From a virus: DNA of 64,000 nucleotides. Shown one piece after another: positions 54,405 to 64,000 of this stretch. Under the pieces are notes generated by a model. It was given only the letters and a program-made list of their open reading frames with translations. It was not told the origin of the DNA and did no database searches. Positions within the stretch are counted from its first letter, which is position 1; every line of letters begins with the position of its first letter. Made by a program: the position numbers and the translations under genes. The DNA lies in IMG/VR virus record IMGVR_UViG_3300013101_002049, positions 1-64,000 of that record; one strand, given 5' to 3'.

Positions 54405-55019
54405 ATGGCATGGTGTACTTGTAATATAGCAGCTGAATTTACAGAATTAGCTGGATATGGTATAATTTCAGCTAATTTAAATGCTAGTACTCCTATAACA
54501 CTTACAGCTGATGGATTAGCTATGTATGGTCCCGCTACTGGTAATTTATCTATTACAGCTTATTCTCCACTTATTAATGATTTAGAGTGTCCAGGAAGGG
54601 CCGGAACCAGTTTTGGATGGACGCAAAAAATTGATTGTGATACTGAAGATTCGATACTTAAAGTTTATTTTATTCCAAATGGTATAGCTAAAGCTTATAT
54701 GGAGGGTGATGTAACAGATCAAATTACTATGACAGATATAGCTGGTAGGTCAAATTATATAACTTTAGAAGCAAGTGCGGCTAATGGGCCTGCCAGCCCC
54801 GCTTTAAAATTATCTCATCAAGATGGGCATAGTTTATTATATAGTGGAAGACCTATACAAGTAACTCCAAATAGTGGTACGGATAATACTATTTTGGAAT
54901 TTATGGCTAATATATTGCCTGTTGGATCAGAGTTATATATGAATAATTTTACTTGGACCTACGATCCGCCTGGTATTCCAAGAGTTAGCTATTCTTTTTT
55001 ATTTAAGTACAATAATTAA
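54405..55019 (+). CDS. hypothetical tail protein
   Basis: ORF with weak similarity to 55792 (GIISA/GVISA, NLSITAY/NISLTIY). Confidence 0.5.
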   Translation: MAWCTCNIAAEFTELAGYGIISANLNASTPITLTADGLAMYGPATGNLSITAYSPLINDLECPGRAGTSFGWTQKIDCDTEDSILKVYFIPNGIAKAYMEGDVTDQITMTDIAGRSNYITLEASAANGPASPALKLSHQDGHSLLYSGRPIQVTPNSGTDNTILEFMANILPVGSELYMNNFTWTYDPPGIPRVSYSFLFKYNN

Positions 55020-55033
55020 TGGAGGTGTGTAAA

Positions 55034-55327
55034 ATGGACGGCGAAAGCTACTCTTCAGATATATATAAATTAAGGTCTGCTGGACCTACGCCAGTTAGTC
55101 CTGGTAGATTTGTAATTCAAACATTTGGTATAGATCACAATACAGTTAAAACATATCCTGCTACTACTACAATTAATAATTCAGATGATATGGCTGGTAT
55201 TTATGGTGGTATATATATTTCAGCGAATTGGCAAAGATTACCATATTTGAATAGTGTAGGCAAACGTTTGTTTAGTGGTAGTACTGTAAGTAAACCAGAT
55301 TGGATAGATCGGGACGAATTAACTTAA
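55034..55327 (+). CDS. hypothetical protein
   Basis: GGAGG RBS before ATG 55034. Confidence 0.5.
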   Translation: MDGESYSSDIYKLRSAGPTPVSPGRFVIQTFGIDHNTVKTYPATTTINNSDDMAGIYGGIYISANWQRLPYLNSVGKRLFSGSTVSKPDWIDRDELT

Positions 55328-55338
55328 AGGAGGCTATT

Positions 55339-55590
55339 ATGGCTAGAGGAGAAACTATCGAATTTATTGATTGTGGATCTTTATCTATTAGTTATGATGC
55401 TACTGGTAAAGCAACTATTTCTTGTAATGTTATTCGTAATGATGCTACTAGTTTACAAAATGATTACAATACATGGAGATTAGGCGGTGTATTTTTTGAC
55501 GGGAATGTTATGAGTTTAAATCAATCGCCTATGATAGGTAGTGGTGGTTGGAATCAGTGGCAATTAAGATGGGAAGGAGTTGGAAATTAA
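55339..55590 (+). CDS. hypothetical protein
   Basis: AAGGAGG RBS before ATG 55339. Confidence 0.55.
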   Translation: MARGETIEFIDCGSLSISYDATGKATISCNVIRNDATSLQNDYNTWRLGGVFFDGNVMSLNQSPMIGSGGWNQWQLRWEGVGN

Positions 55591-55591
55591 T

Positions 55592-55780
55592 ATGGCTTGT
55601 TGTGGAAAACGAAGTACCCAGCCATTTTCAGTAATGGGTGGGTATAAATATCTTACTAATTCTCAAATAAATGCTAGGCTAGAAGTTTTTAAACGGATTT
55701 ATTGTAAAGCTTGTAGTGAAAGGTATAATTGTAATTTTGATATTTATAATAAATGTACAATTAGACCTCAGATTAAATAA
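55592..55780 (+). CDS. small Cys-rich protein (MACCG...CxxC..C..C)
   Basis: Six Cys in about 62 aa; AAGGAG RBS upstream. Confidence 0.5.
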   Translation: MACCGKRSTQPFSVMGGYKYLTNSQINARLEVFKRIYCKACSERYNCNFDIYNKCTIRPQIK

Positions 55781-55791
55781 GGAGGTTTGTT

Positions 55792-56478
55792 ATGGCTATT
55801 CTAATTGGAGCTAATACACAGGTAACGGGAGATGTACAAGGTGTGATTTCAGCACAATGGGGTATTAGTCCACAAATAAATAGACTATGGCAATTAGGGT
55901 CTTGGGATCCCTATAATCAACTGGCAACACGAGTTACTAATATAAGTTTAACTATTTATGCAGGCGGTGGTCCAACAATTAGTTTACAACCTGCTACTGC
56001 TTGTGTGGATAGCAGTGCAGTTCTTAATATCACCATCACCCCGGGTTCTTGTGGCACTGTGCCAGCAGGTTTAGGTGGTAATTTCACAGTTTATTTATCT
56101 AGTTATTCTTATAATAAGGGTGATGCTATTGGCTTTGGTCAACAGAGCTATAGCGGTCAAACTTGGCCCGGTGGGGCTGGTCCAGGTGGTGGAGGAGCCA
56201 ATGTTGAATTTACGGATGCGCCAACTGTTGTTTTACAAGGAAGAGCTGAAGGTAATTCTACAATTGATGCTGGTTTAGGCACAGGTGTAAGTTTTAGTAG
56301 TGGTTGGGACGTTTATGGTACGCAAGGAAGTGTAAGTGCTGGGTTTCCTGGTACTGGTCAGGCTAACGAAGTAAGGCATGGTTTAGTAGATCAAATTTCT
56401 AATGGTGATTTACGAAATGATGGTAAGTCTGGTCAAGCGAGTGTTAATATACCACATCAACCATTGTATTTCGGATAA
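55792..56478 (+). CDS. Gly-rich tail protein (tube/distal-tail-like)
   Basis: AAGGAGG RBS; beta-rich. Confidence 0.5.
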   Translation: MAILIGANTQVTGDVQGVISAQWGISPQINRLWQLGSWDPYNQLATRVTNISLTIYAGGGPTISLQPATACVDSSAVLNITITPGSCGTVPAGLGGNFTVYLSSYSYNKGDAIGFGQQSYSGQTWPGGAGPGGGGANVEFTDAPTVVLQGRAEGNSTIDAGLGTGVSFSSGWDVYGTQGSVSAGFPGTGQANEVRHGLVDQISNGDLRNDGKSGQASVNIPHQPLYFG

Positions 56479-56492
56479 GGAGGAGAGGTATT

Positions 56493-56921
56493 ATGGGATT
56501 TTCAGTGTCAGAGCGTTATAGATTGGAATTACATTGGAGTAAGGCTAAGTATAAGGTAGATCAAGAAACAATGTTGGAAGGATGCTACTTTTCTGGTCCA
56601 GTTTTAAATGAGGTATGGCAGTTACAACAAGAAGATTATATTGATTTAGATTTTGGTGGTCAGTATATGATTTTTATGAATTTTTATTATATAGCTCGAT
56701 TATCATGGAAAGGTGTCAAACATACTACTGAGAAAATAATGTTATCAAAAGTTGTATTAAAGAACAAAAATTTGAATGTCATTCCTAAATTAAAAGATGA
56801 TGATTATATAGTGATTGATACACAAAACCATGAAGATCAACGACATTTATATAGTTTGGTTTATCCATCTTATTTAATAAGAAATGATGGGGAACTTTAC
56901 GATTTTGGGAGTAAAAAATAA
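56493..56921 (+). CDS. hypothetical protein
   Basis: AAGGAGG RBS. Confidence 0.55.
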   Translation: MGFSVSERYRLELHWSKAKYKVDQETMLEGCYFSGPVLNEVWQLQQEDYIDLDFGGQYMIFMNFYYIARLSWKGVKHTTEKIMLSKVVLKNKNLNVIPKLKDDDYIVIDTQNHEDQRHLYSLVYPSYLIRNDGELYDFGSKK

Positions 56922-57361
56922 TGCCAAGTGATGAGTTTATAGCACATAGAAAAGGAGCTGCGGCTCATTTAAAAGAAATAGGATGGGAAAGATATTTTGG
57001 TACTACTACAAGTGGTAATTTACCACAATACAAAGCTACATCTAATCCATGTAATGTGAATGTGGGTGCTTTAAATCCACAATTAGTGGATGATTTGGAT
57101 ATTAAAGGTGGATCATTTCGATTTTATCATATTAAATGTCATTATTCTACAGAGTCAGGTACGCATGAAATAGTAGATAAGAATCCTTTAAGTCCTACTT
57201 ATGGGCAAATGATTACTATACCAGCTGGCGATATTGCTGCTCATACTGTGACCAGCGGCATTATGATAAAGCATAATCGTGGCTCAAAGTATGGTTGGTT
57301 ATGCGTCGATGATAATTGCCCATATTATCAAAATACTGGAAGACGCTATTTTTATTTCTAA
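56921..57361 (+). CDS. hypothetical protein
   Basis: Coupled start (TAATG); contains Cys and His residues. Confidence 0.55.
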   Translation: MPSDEFIAHRKGAAAHLKEIGWERYFGTTTSGNLPQYKATSNPCNVNVGALNPQLVDDLDIKGGSFRFYHIKCHYSTESGTHEIVDKNPLSPTYGQMITIPAGDIAAHTVTSGIMIKHNRGSKYGWLCVDDNCPYYQNTGRRYFYF

Positions 57362-57376
57362 TAGGAGGATATTGAT

Positions 57377-58354
57377 ATGGCTGTTAATGTTACAGTATAT
57401 GATTTAGATAATTACCCCGACAATAGTAAAACTGTTACTACTGACCAAAAGACATTGGTGCCTGTAGGTTATGAAGGGGATGAACAATGGGTATTGTCAT
57501 TCTCGACTACGGCTTATAGTGATAACACTAATAGAACTGCTATTCAGGATATTTATGTTCGTGAAATGAAAGCTGGTTGGATTAAGAGTTCTGGTTTTAC
57601 TGGAACAAGTGGGAAGTTTACTTTAGTTTCTGGAAGTTCTAATCAACTAAAAGTTAAAATGGATGCAAGTGCTGGTGCTACTGGTCAGGGCGGTTATTAT
57701 GTAATTGAACTTACCGCAGGTGTAAATTTAACTGGTGATGCTATTGCTGCGGATATGGAAGATCAGATTAGAGCAATACCAGATAGTGCTAGTTGGAATT
57801 CATCTGATGCTGGTTATCAACTTTCTTACAAAAATGCTATGGTAGATTTTACTGATGGTAGGTTTTGGATTGTGTCTGGAAATGTTGGGAAATATTACAC
57901 TGGTACAGAAAGATCTTCAGTAGCAGTAGCTAAATATAGTACTGATACTTGCTATGAAGATTTAGGTTTTGATTTGGCTATTAGCAGTGAAAGTATAGCG
58001 GGTACTTCTGCTAAAGAAGCATTATTGGCGTCTGATTATACTACTGATACTGCTTCAATGGTTATCGGGGCTGGTACTGGCGTAGCCGCTGGTGATTGTA
58101 TGTTTATTACTGATGGAACTAATACTGATTATTTCGAGGTTATTTCTGTTAGTGGTACAACTTTAACCGTTGCAACAAGTGGTGCCAATGGATTTACTGG
58201 TGTATCCAATAGTTATACAGCTAATGTAAGTAAAGTTCAATTGTTGAAGTATCAGGATCCAGAACAAGTTCCAGCTGCATATCATAATACAATAGATAGT
58301 ATAACCAGGTGGGGAATAATGTCGATTGCTAACGTCATTGATTTCTCTTCTTAA
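57377..58354 (+). CDS. virion structural protein
   Basis: AGGAGG RBS; Ser/Thr/Gly-rich. Confidence 0.55.
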   Translation: MAVNVTVYDLDNYPDNSKTVTTDQKTLVPVGYEGDEQWVLSFSTTAYSDNTNRTAIQDIYVREMKAGWIKSSGFTGTSGKFTLVSGSSNQLKVKMDASAGATGQGGYYVIELTAGVNLTGDAIAADMEDQIRAIPDSASWNSSDAGYQLSYKNAMVDFTDGRFWIVSGNVGKYYTGTERSSVAVAKYSTDTCYEDLGFDLAISSESIAGTSAKEALLASDYTTDTASMVIGAGTGVAAGDCMFITDGTNTDYFEVISVSGTTLTVATSGANGFTGVSNSYTANVSKVQLLKYQDPEQVPAAYHNTIDSITRWGIMSIANVIDFSS

Positions 58355-58388
58355 GTTATTTCAACTAGTTATGGAAAAGGAGTATTAA

Positions 58389-59019
58389 ATGAAAGTTAAA
58401 TGGTTACCGGAAGAGGTCGAATTTTTAGAAAATAATTACGAAGAAATGCTATATAAAGATATTTGATAGATAACTATAATGAAATGCCTGTTGTTAAAAT
58501 TGCTAAAAATTTGAAATGTGTGACAAATATGTGTTGAAAAAGATAAAATTGTTTACAGGCTATAAAAATAAGATTGTAGAACTTGAGCCAGATAAACCCC
58601 ACTATAAGACACCTTATCAAATAACATTTCATGGTAATAAGGTTTGGCAATTTTTTAGACGATTAGGTATGGATAATAATAAACTACATAATGCTGTTTT
58701 TCCTAAAAATATTTCTGGTGAGTTTATACCACATATTATTAGAGGGTTGTTTGATGGTGATGGATCTATATCTATGAGTAAAAATACTGGTTACCCTTTT
58801 GTTCGTATATGTGGTACTAGAAATGTAGTGGATTATGTAACTGATTATATTGGGTTATATAACACATTACATCAGAATAGTGATATTAATTATACTATTC
58901 AATATACTGGTGAAAGAGCTTTACAATTTCTTAGTTGTATTTATAATAATTCTATTAATTACACTAGGATGAATAGAAAATATGATAAGTATATTAAAGC
59001 TTTAAAATGGGGCAATTGA
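58389..59019 (+). pseudogene. decayed free-standing LAGLIDADG homing endonuclease
   Basis: 58516-59019 contains IRGLFDGDGSI. Upstream fragments in two other frames (MKVKWLPEEVEFLENNY..* at 58389-58466; DNYNEMPVVKIAKNL from 58469) resemble the N-terminal repeats of such enzymes. Confidence 0.7.
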
Positions 59020-59020
59020 T

Positions 59021-59533
59021 ATGTCCGAGTTTTATGTACATAATAGTTTAAACATAACTAAGTCTGTTAAATTTAATATAACTCTGCGATATTTCGTTAT
59101 TAAAGGCGAAAGAGGCGAGCATATGTGGGTATTGGAAATTGGAACTACCCATCCTGATAGGAACGGTGATCCAATATCTGCTAAAAAAATTCATCGAATT
59201 TCGGCTGAGGATTTGGATGAAATTATCGAAGATGCTCTTTCTGATCTATGCTCTCAAATAGATTGGACTCCGTTTGTAGATGATGTAGATGCTCCTTATG
59301 TTGATACTTTATATCCAGATGACAGAACTACTGTGTCCATAGGATCTGATGTATATATGGTTATAAAAGAAAAATTGCCTGCCGCTGGTATTGATTTATC
59401 TAATTTGAAAGTGACTTTGAATAATAGTACTGTTGATTTTGATATAACTAGTGAAGTATCTATCGAAGGTGACCCATATGAATATAGTTTAAAATGGTCG
59501 CCACCACTAAGAGTTTATGATACATATGATTAA
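59021..59533 (+). CDS. virion protein with an Ig-like C-terminal segment
   Basis: DAPYV..LYP...GIDLSNLKVTLN pattern. Confidence 0.5.
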   Translation: MSEFYVHNSLNITKSVKFNITLRYFVIKGERGEHMWVLEIGTTHPDRNGDPISAKKIHRISAEDLDEIIEDALSDLCSQIDWTPFVDDVDAPYVDTLYPDDRTTVSIGSDVYMVIKEKLPAAGIDLSNLKVTLNNSTVDFDITSEVSIEGDPYEYSLKWSPPLRVYDTYD

Positions 59534-59544
59534 GGGAGCTTATT

Positions 59545-60804
59545 ATGGCTGAAAATATTAAATTGCGAAAAAGAAATTTTACGGTTGATCAAGGTTATTT
59601 CTATACCATAGAGGAAGACCGTGATAATTTACTTCAGAAGACTGATGATGGTAATACAGCATTTTCATATCCATTGGATACATTAATTACTAATACGCCT
59701 TTAAGTTTAGAATTTGATGGTGTATATTTTTGGTCTCTTGAGCAGGCTAGTGCTAACAATGTTGATATTAAAAGATGGAAAATAGATAATTATGTTTGTA
59801 AATTACAACAAACTATTAATTTAACTGCTGGTACACATTATTATAATTCAGAGGCTTTTTCTGTAGAACATTATCATACTGAGTTAGCTATGGTGGCAAC
59901 TAGTGGTACCAATACTGTTAAATTTGATGACTATTGGGATAATTCTGATTTAATGGGTTTTACAACTACTAGTGGTGATGGTTTGACTATTCATTTGGGA
60001 CCAAATTCTAATGGTGAGGAAGAGGATGTTGAAGTTGTAACTACTGTATCTGGCGGTGTGATTATTTCGGGTACTTTACAATATAGTTATGCTGAAGATG
60101 ACGCTGTTAATTTTTATACGCATATATGGTTGTTTAATAACAACGATGAACAAAGTACAGCTACTGGTGCTTTATATAAAATAGATGCTTATACAGGAGA
60201 ATATATTAAACATTATCCTGGTGGTGCGTATAAAGATATTGATGCGGCTACTTTTTATACAGTTAATTCTTTTACTGAATATGGTGATGTTGATACGTTG
60301 GCTTATGTAAAAAGTACAAATACTTTATTTGTCAATATAAGTGCTGAAAATGATGTTGGCGGACTTGATTATTATGGTTCGATGGTTATGGAGAATATTC
60401 AAAGTAATGAAGCTTCTGTTTTAACTATTTATGATTTAGCTATGGATGATCAAAATATTTATCGATTACAAAAAGGGCCTGATGGTGGTGGTGGAGAAAG
60501 TTGGAGTTATTATAGTTATGAGTTATCATCTCTTGATAGTTTTGTAACTTCTATTTCATTAGCAGCTTATCCATCTGTTATAGCGGCGAATGGTGTAAGT
60601 ACTACTGATATTAAAGCAATTGTGCGTGATCAATTTTTACAGCCAATATCTAGTAGATTGGTTTATTTTTCTGATGATGATTCTAGTGGCTATATTATAA
60701 CTTCACCAGTAAGTACTAATTCTAATGGTTTAGCTGCAACAGTATATAAATCAGGTACTAGCGCTCGAGAAGTGAAGATAACTGCTGTCGTGGAACAAGT
60801 TTAA
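59545..60804 (+). CDS. tail-tip/receptor-binding-like protein, paralog 1, with a C-terminal Big_1 (invasin-type) Ig domain
   Basis: SISLAAYPSVIAANG.STT.I.A.VRDQ..QP...V.F...TNSNG.A...Y Ig pattern. Confidence 0.6.
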   Translation: MAENIKLRKRNFTVDQGYFYTIEEDRDNLLQKTDDGNTAFSYPLDTLITNTPLSLEFDGVYFWSLEQASANNVDIKRWKIDNYVCKLQQTINLTAGTHYYNSEAFSVEHYHTELAMVATSGTNTVKFDDYWDNSDLMGFTTTSGDGLTIHLGPNSNGEEEDVEVVTTVSGGVIISGTLQYSYAEDDAVNFYTHIWLFNNNDEQSTATGALYKIDAYTGEYIKHYPGGAYKDIDAATFYTVNSFTEYGDVDTLAYVKSTNTLFVNISAENDVGGLDYYGSMVMENIQSNEASVLTIYDLAMDDQNIYRLQKGPDGGGGESWSYYSYELSSLDSFVTSISLAAYPSVIAANGVSTTDIKAIVRDQFLQPISSRLVYFSDDDSSGYIITSPVSTNSNGLAATVYKSGTSAREVKITAVVEQV

Positions 60805-60815
60805 GGGGTATTTAG

Positions 60816-63113
60816 ATGGCTTATGAGAATATTCGCTTTGTAAAACCTAATATGGAGTTTGTAGATGGTTATTTTTATACCATGGATGAAAGCTCGGATA
60901 TGTTGGTTCAAAAAGTGGATGATGGATCAACCGCTTATTCTTATCCTTTAGATGTTCTTATAGGGGGTACTGTTAGCTCTTTGCAATATGATGGAGCTAA
61001 TTTTTGGACTTTACAAGACAGTGGTAATGGTTTTGTAATTAAAAGGTGGCGAATTGAAAATCATATAGCTAAACTTAAAGACAGTTTTACTTATACAGAC
61101 ACAGCTGAAATTAATTACGACGCAGATACTTTTGCGGTGGAAAATTATAGAACCGAATTTGACTGTACTGTTTCAGGTGGTGATTTGATAGTTTGCCCTG
61201 ATGAATATTATGATTCAGTTATTACATCTGGTACGGTTTTAACTTTAGGCCCAAACAGATATGATCAACGAGAGGAAGTAACTGTTAGTGGGGTTATCGG
61301 CTCAGATGTGATATTAGTTAGTGGGACTCAATATACTTATGAGTCAGGCGATTCAATAAGTATGTATCGAAGTTTTTTTGTATTTAATAACTATACTGGT
61401 TTAAGTTCAGCTAAAGGAAATTTAATGCGATTTAATGCTTATACCGGGGATTTAATAGCATCTGATTCAAGAACAGATTATAAAGATATAACTGCTTGCA
61501 CTTTTGCGCGGGTTCAGAATTTGTTACGTGATTATGATGATGCTCATACTGTTATTTTTGTAAAAAGTACTAGCGCAAGGTTTCGAAATATATCAGATTT
61601 AGTAGATATATTACGAGCTGATAGTGTAAATGATAATTTTAATGGGCCAAATGGGTCATCTCCTAATACTACTAGATGGTCTACAACATATGGAAATCCG
61701 ATAATTTATAATAATCAATTGTTTTGTTCAACTGTTATAAATGGAAAAGATGAAATAGTATCAAATTATGAGTTAATTGGAGATTTTAGTGCTCAGATAA
61801 GTGGATCTCTTGATGGTTATACAACTTTTTCTGGTGCTGAATTTGAACATTATATGCGATTTATATTTAGTAATGATGAGTATTGTACTATTAGTAGGGT
61901 TTACAATAGTTTATTTGGAGACGCTATAATTGCGGATTATTATGGATTTACACAGAGTGACATTGATTTAACTGAACCAGGTGGTACTATTGCAGCAAGA
62001 AATTATTGGAGTAGTGATTATCCATCTAAAGCGATAGATAACAATACTAGTACTTATTACCAGTCTAACGGAACTTCATGGCCTAAATGGCTAGCCTATG
62101 ATTTTGAAGTTCCTACAATTATTAATAAAGTAAGGATATATTTTTATCCAAATCATTTTTCTAGTACTGTATATGTACAAGGATCTAATGATTTAAATCC
62201 TGATTGGGATAGTAAAGCATGGAATGTGGTATATACTATGACAGGATTAAGTTCTGGGTCTTGGCAAGAGAGGGAGTTTAGTAATACTGATGTATATAGA
62301 TTTTATAGATTGTGGGGTAATTCTGGCGGACCTGGTAGTAATGGTTGGTGGTGTATATATGAAATAGAAATGATGGGTTCTCGTTACATAGGAGTAGCTG
62401 TTACTTCTAGTGGTGTTAGTTTTGATGAGTATAGGTTTAAAATTAATAGAACCGATTCGGATTTAAGTTTTTATTATAAAGCTTTAACTTCTGGTATATT
62501 AGATACCACATGGAATGACCTTGGGTCTATGTCTTTATATGAATATGATGGTTCTATGTGTTTAGGATTACATAGTGCTTCAGTAACAGTTTCTGGTGCA
62601 TATTTTGATGATTTAATTTATAATTCAGGACATGTTAGATATCCTCCTGTGGATATTCCTTATTATGATGTAATGGTTATGGATAATATAAGATCAAATC
62701 AAAGTACTATAATTCCAATAACAGATATATCATATTATAATGGGAATTTATATAGATTACAAGATGAAGGCACTTATTACGGAGTAGATAATGATTGGGG
62801 CTCACAATATAATTACGTTTGTTCTCCTGTTAGATCTTTTATTGATTCAATAACAGTAGATGCTTATCCAATTATTTTACCAGCAAATGCTCGGAATATA
62901 TCAACTATAACCTGTATAGTTTTAGACCAGTATTCAAACGGCGCAATTAATAAACCTATAAATTTTACCGATACTGATGATTATGGTTATATTACTATTA
63001 ATCCACAAAATACTGATGCTCTTGAAGGAACTGGGGAAGCTGTGACGTATTATGTAGCAGGTGTTGATGTACACACTGTTACTATACAAGGTACAGTTAC
63101 TCAGTATGATTAA
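60816..63113 (+). CDS. paralog 2 with an inserted F5/8 type C (discoidin) carbohydrate-binding domain and a C-terminal Ig domain
   Basis: N- and C-termini align with 59545. The insert contains KAIDNNTSTYY...WLAYDF...VQGSND...W...YRFYRL...IYEIEM. Confidence 0.65.
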   Translation: MAYENIRFVKPNMEFVDGYFYTMDESSDMLVQKVDDGSTAYSYPLDVLIGGTVSSLQYDGANFWTLQDSGNGFVIKRWRIENHIAKLKDSFTYTDTAEINYDADTFAVENYRTEFDCTVSGGDLIVCPDEYYDSVITSGTVLTLGPNRYDQREEVTVSGVIGSDVILVSGTQYTYESGDSISMYRSFFVFNNYTGLSSAKGNLMRFNAYTGDLIASDSRTDYKDITACTFARVQNLLRDYDDAHTVIFVKSTSARFRNISDLVDILRADSVNDNFNGPNGSSPNTTRWSTTYGNPIIYNNQLFCSTVINGKDEIVSNYELIGDFSAQISGSLDGYTTFSGAEFEHYMRFIFSNDEYCTISRVYNSLFGDAIIADYYGFTQSDIDLTEPGGTIAARNYWSSDYPSKAIDNNTSTYYQSNGTSWPKWLAYDFEVPTIINKVRIYFYPNHFSSTVYVQGSNDLNPDWDSKAWNVVYTMTGLSSGSWQEREFSNTDVYRFYRLWGNSGGPGSNGWWCIYEIEMMGSRYIGVAVTSSGVSFDEYRFKINRTDSDLSFYYKALTSGILDTTWNDLGSMSLYEYDGSMCLGLHSASVTVSGAYFDDLIYNSGHVRYPPVDIPYYDVMVMDNIRSNQSTIIPITDISYYNGNLYRLQDEGTYYGVDNDWGSQYNYVCSPVRSFIDSITVDAYPIILPANARNISTITCIVLDQYSNGAINKPINFTDTDDYGYITINPQNTDALEGTGEAVTYYVAGVDVHTVTIQGTVTQYD

Positions 63114-63123
63114 GGGGTAATTT

Positions 63124-64000
63124 ATGGCTGATATTAGATTCGATGACGGAAATTTTTGTATAGGAACTTATCCTGGTACTTTTTGTAGTATGAATGATGC
63201 TAATGACCTATTAGTAACCAAAAACACTTCAAATGGTACGGTTGGTATTCAATATACACTAGAGCCAGAATTAAGCTTGCAAGTGTTGAGTTTAGAGTAT
63301 GTTGGACCAAAAGATCTTACAGCCACTGAGTTTGGGGGGCCATTACCTTTTTTTAGTTTGGATTCAAGCTATATTCGTAAATGGGAATTAAACAATCCTA
63401 TTTCATTGGGTAGTGTAAGTAGTGGTATTAATAATGGTAATTATACTACTATGGCTGTTGAGCATTATACTACTTCATTTAGCGCTGCTACAGCTACTGG
63501 AACTGGTAGAATAAAAGTTGATGATGATACTTATATAGATGTGGGAACAGAGCTTTTATTAGGGCCTAGTGATGATGCAGGAGATGACGGGGCTTATGAA
63601 TATGTTGAAGTTACTAGTATTTCTGGTGGTTGGGTTTATATAACATCAGATGGTGTTACTCCTCCACATCATCAATATGATAATGGAAATGATATTACTT
63701 TTGCTAAATATATTTATGTGTTTAGTAATGATGGGTATTTGAGAAAACTTAATTTAGATTATTCAGTAGTTGAAACAAAATACAGTGACATATATGCAGG
63801 TGTAAGTGCAGCTGCTTGGAGTGATAATTATAAAGCTGTGGGGTTCGTAAAAGACGGGGGTTATAGTCTGTTATACGTAGACCCATATCAGAATTATCAG
63901 ATATTGAAATCACATACTTTGAATACTGTGAAGGCTGATAAGGCGCTTACTTGGACTGTGTATGATTTAGCTTTTGAAGGGGCATCTATTTATAGGTTAC
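63124..64000 (+). CDS. paralog 3, partial (runs off the window)
   Basis: Open to the end; AVEHY, LGP...EYVEVT..SGG and YDLAFEGASIYRL match the 59545/60816 motifs. Confidence 0.65.
   Translation, partial: MADIRFDDGNFCIGTYPGTFCSMNDANDLLVTKNTSNGTVGIQYTLEPELSLQVLSLEYVGPKDLTATEFGGPLPFFSLDSSYIRKWELNNPISLGSVSSGINNGNYTTMAVEHYTTSFSAATATGTGRIKVDDDTYIDVGTELLLGPSDDAGDDGAYEYVEVTSISGGWVYITSDGVTPPHHQYDNGNDITFAKYIYVFSNDGYLRKLNLDYSVVETKYSDIYAGVSAAAWSDNYKAVGFVKDGGYSLLYVDPYQNYQILKSHTLNTVKADKALTWTVYDLAFEGASIYRL

Noticed and set aside
1-64000. Stop-codon reassignment (alternative genetic code)
   Set aside because: TAA, TAG and TGA all end genes right before the next RBS or start, and very long ORFs are intact under code 11.

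Overview
AT-rich, densely packed, single-strand (+) virion morphogenesis region of a large tailed dsDNA phage (Caudoviricetes). It is probably siphovirus-like, since there is a tail tube gene and no recognisable sheath; it uses standard code 11 and has strong AGGAGG ribosome-binding sites. Gene order: prohead protease, scaffold, decoration protein, HK97-type major capsid, neck and fibre/whisker-like repeat proteins, head/tail completion proteins, tail tube, two chaperone-like genes, a 7,531-aa tape measure polyprotein, hub/tail-tip genes, a decayed LAGLIDADG endonuclease and three paralogous tail-tip proteins. The main discovery is the 22.6-kb tape measure gene (28607-51202). From N to C terminus it carries a DEDDh 3'-5' exonuclease, a single-chain two-barrel RNA polymerase with beta-like then beta'-like motifs in collinear order and an intact DFDGD, a PD-(D/E)xK (Cas4/RecB-like) nuclease, a Gly/Pro linker, a TP901-type tape measure core, and a C-terminal region with about 10 xxGG motifs. 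This points to an injected transcription and nuclease machine. Other signals are a conserved promoter-like motif (394, 4933, 23161), GC-rich hairpins without U-tracts after high-copy genes, pervasive T-x-S-G motifs in external virion proteins, and His/Asp 'DDDH' fibre repeats. All domain calls come from reading motifs by eye; no searches were run.
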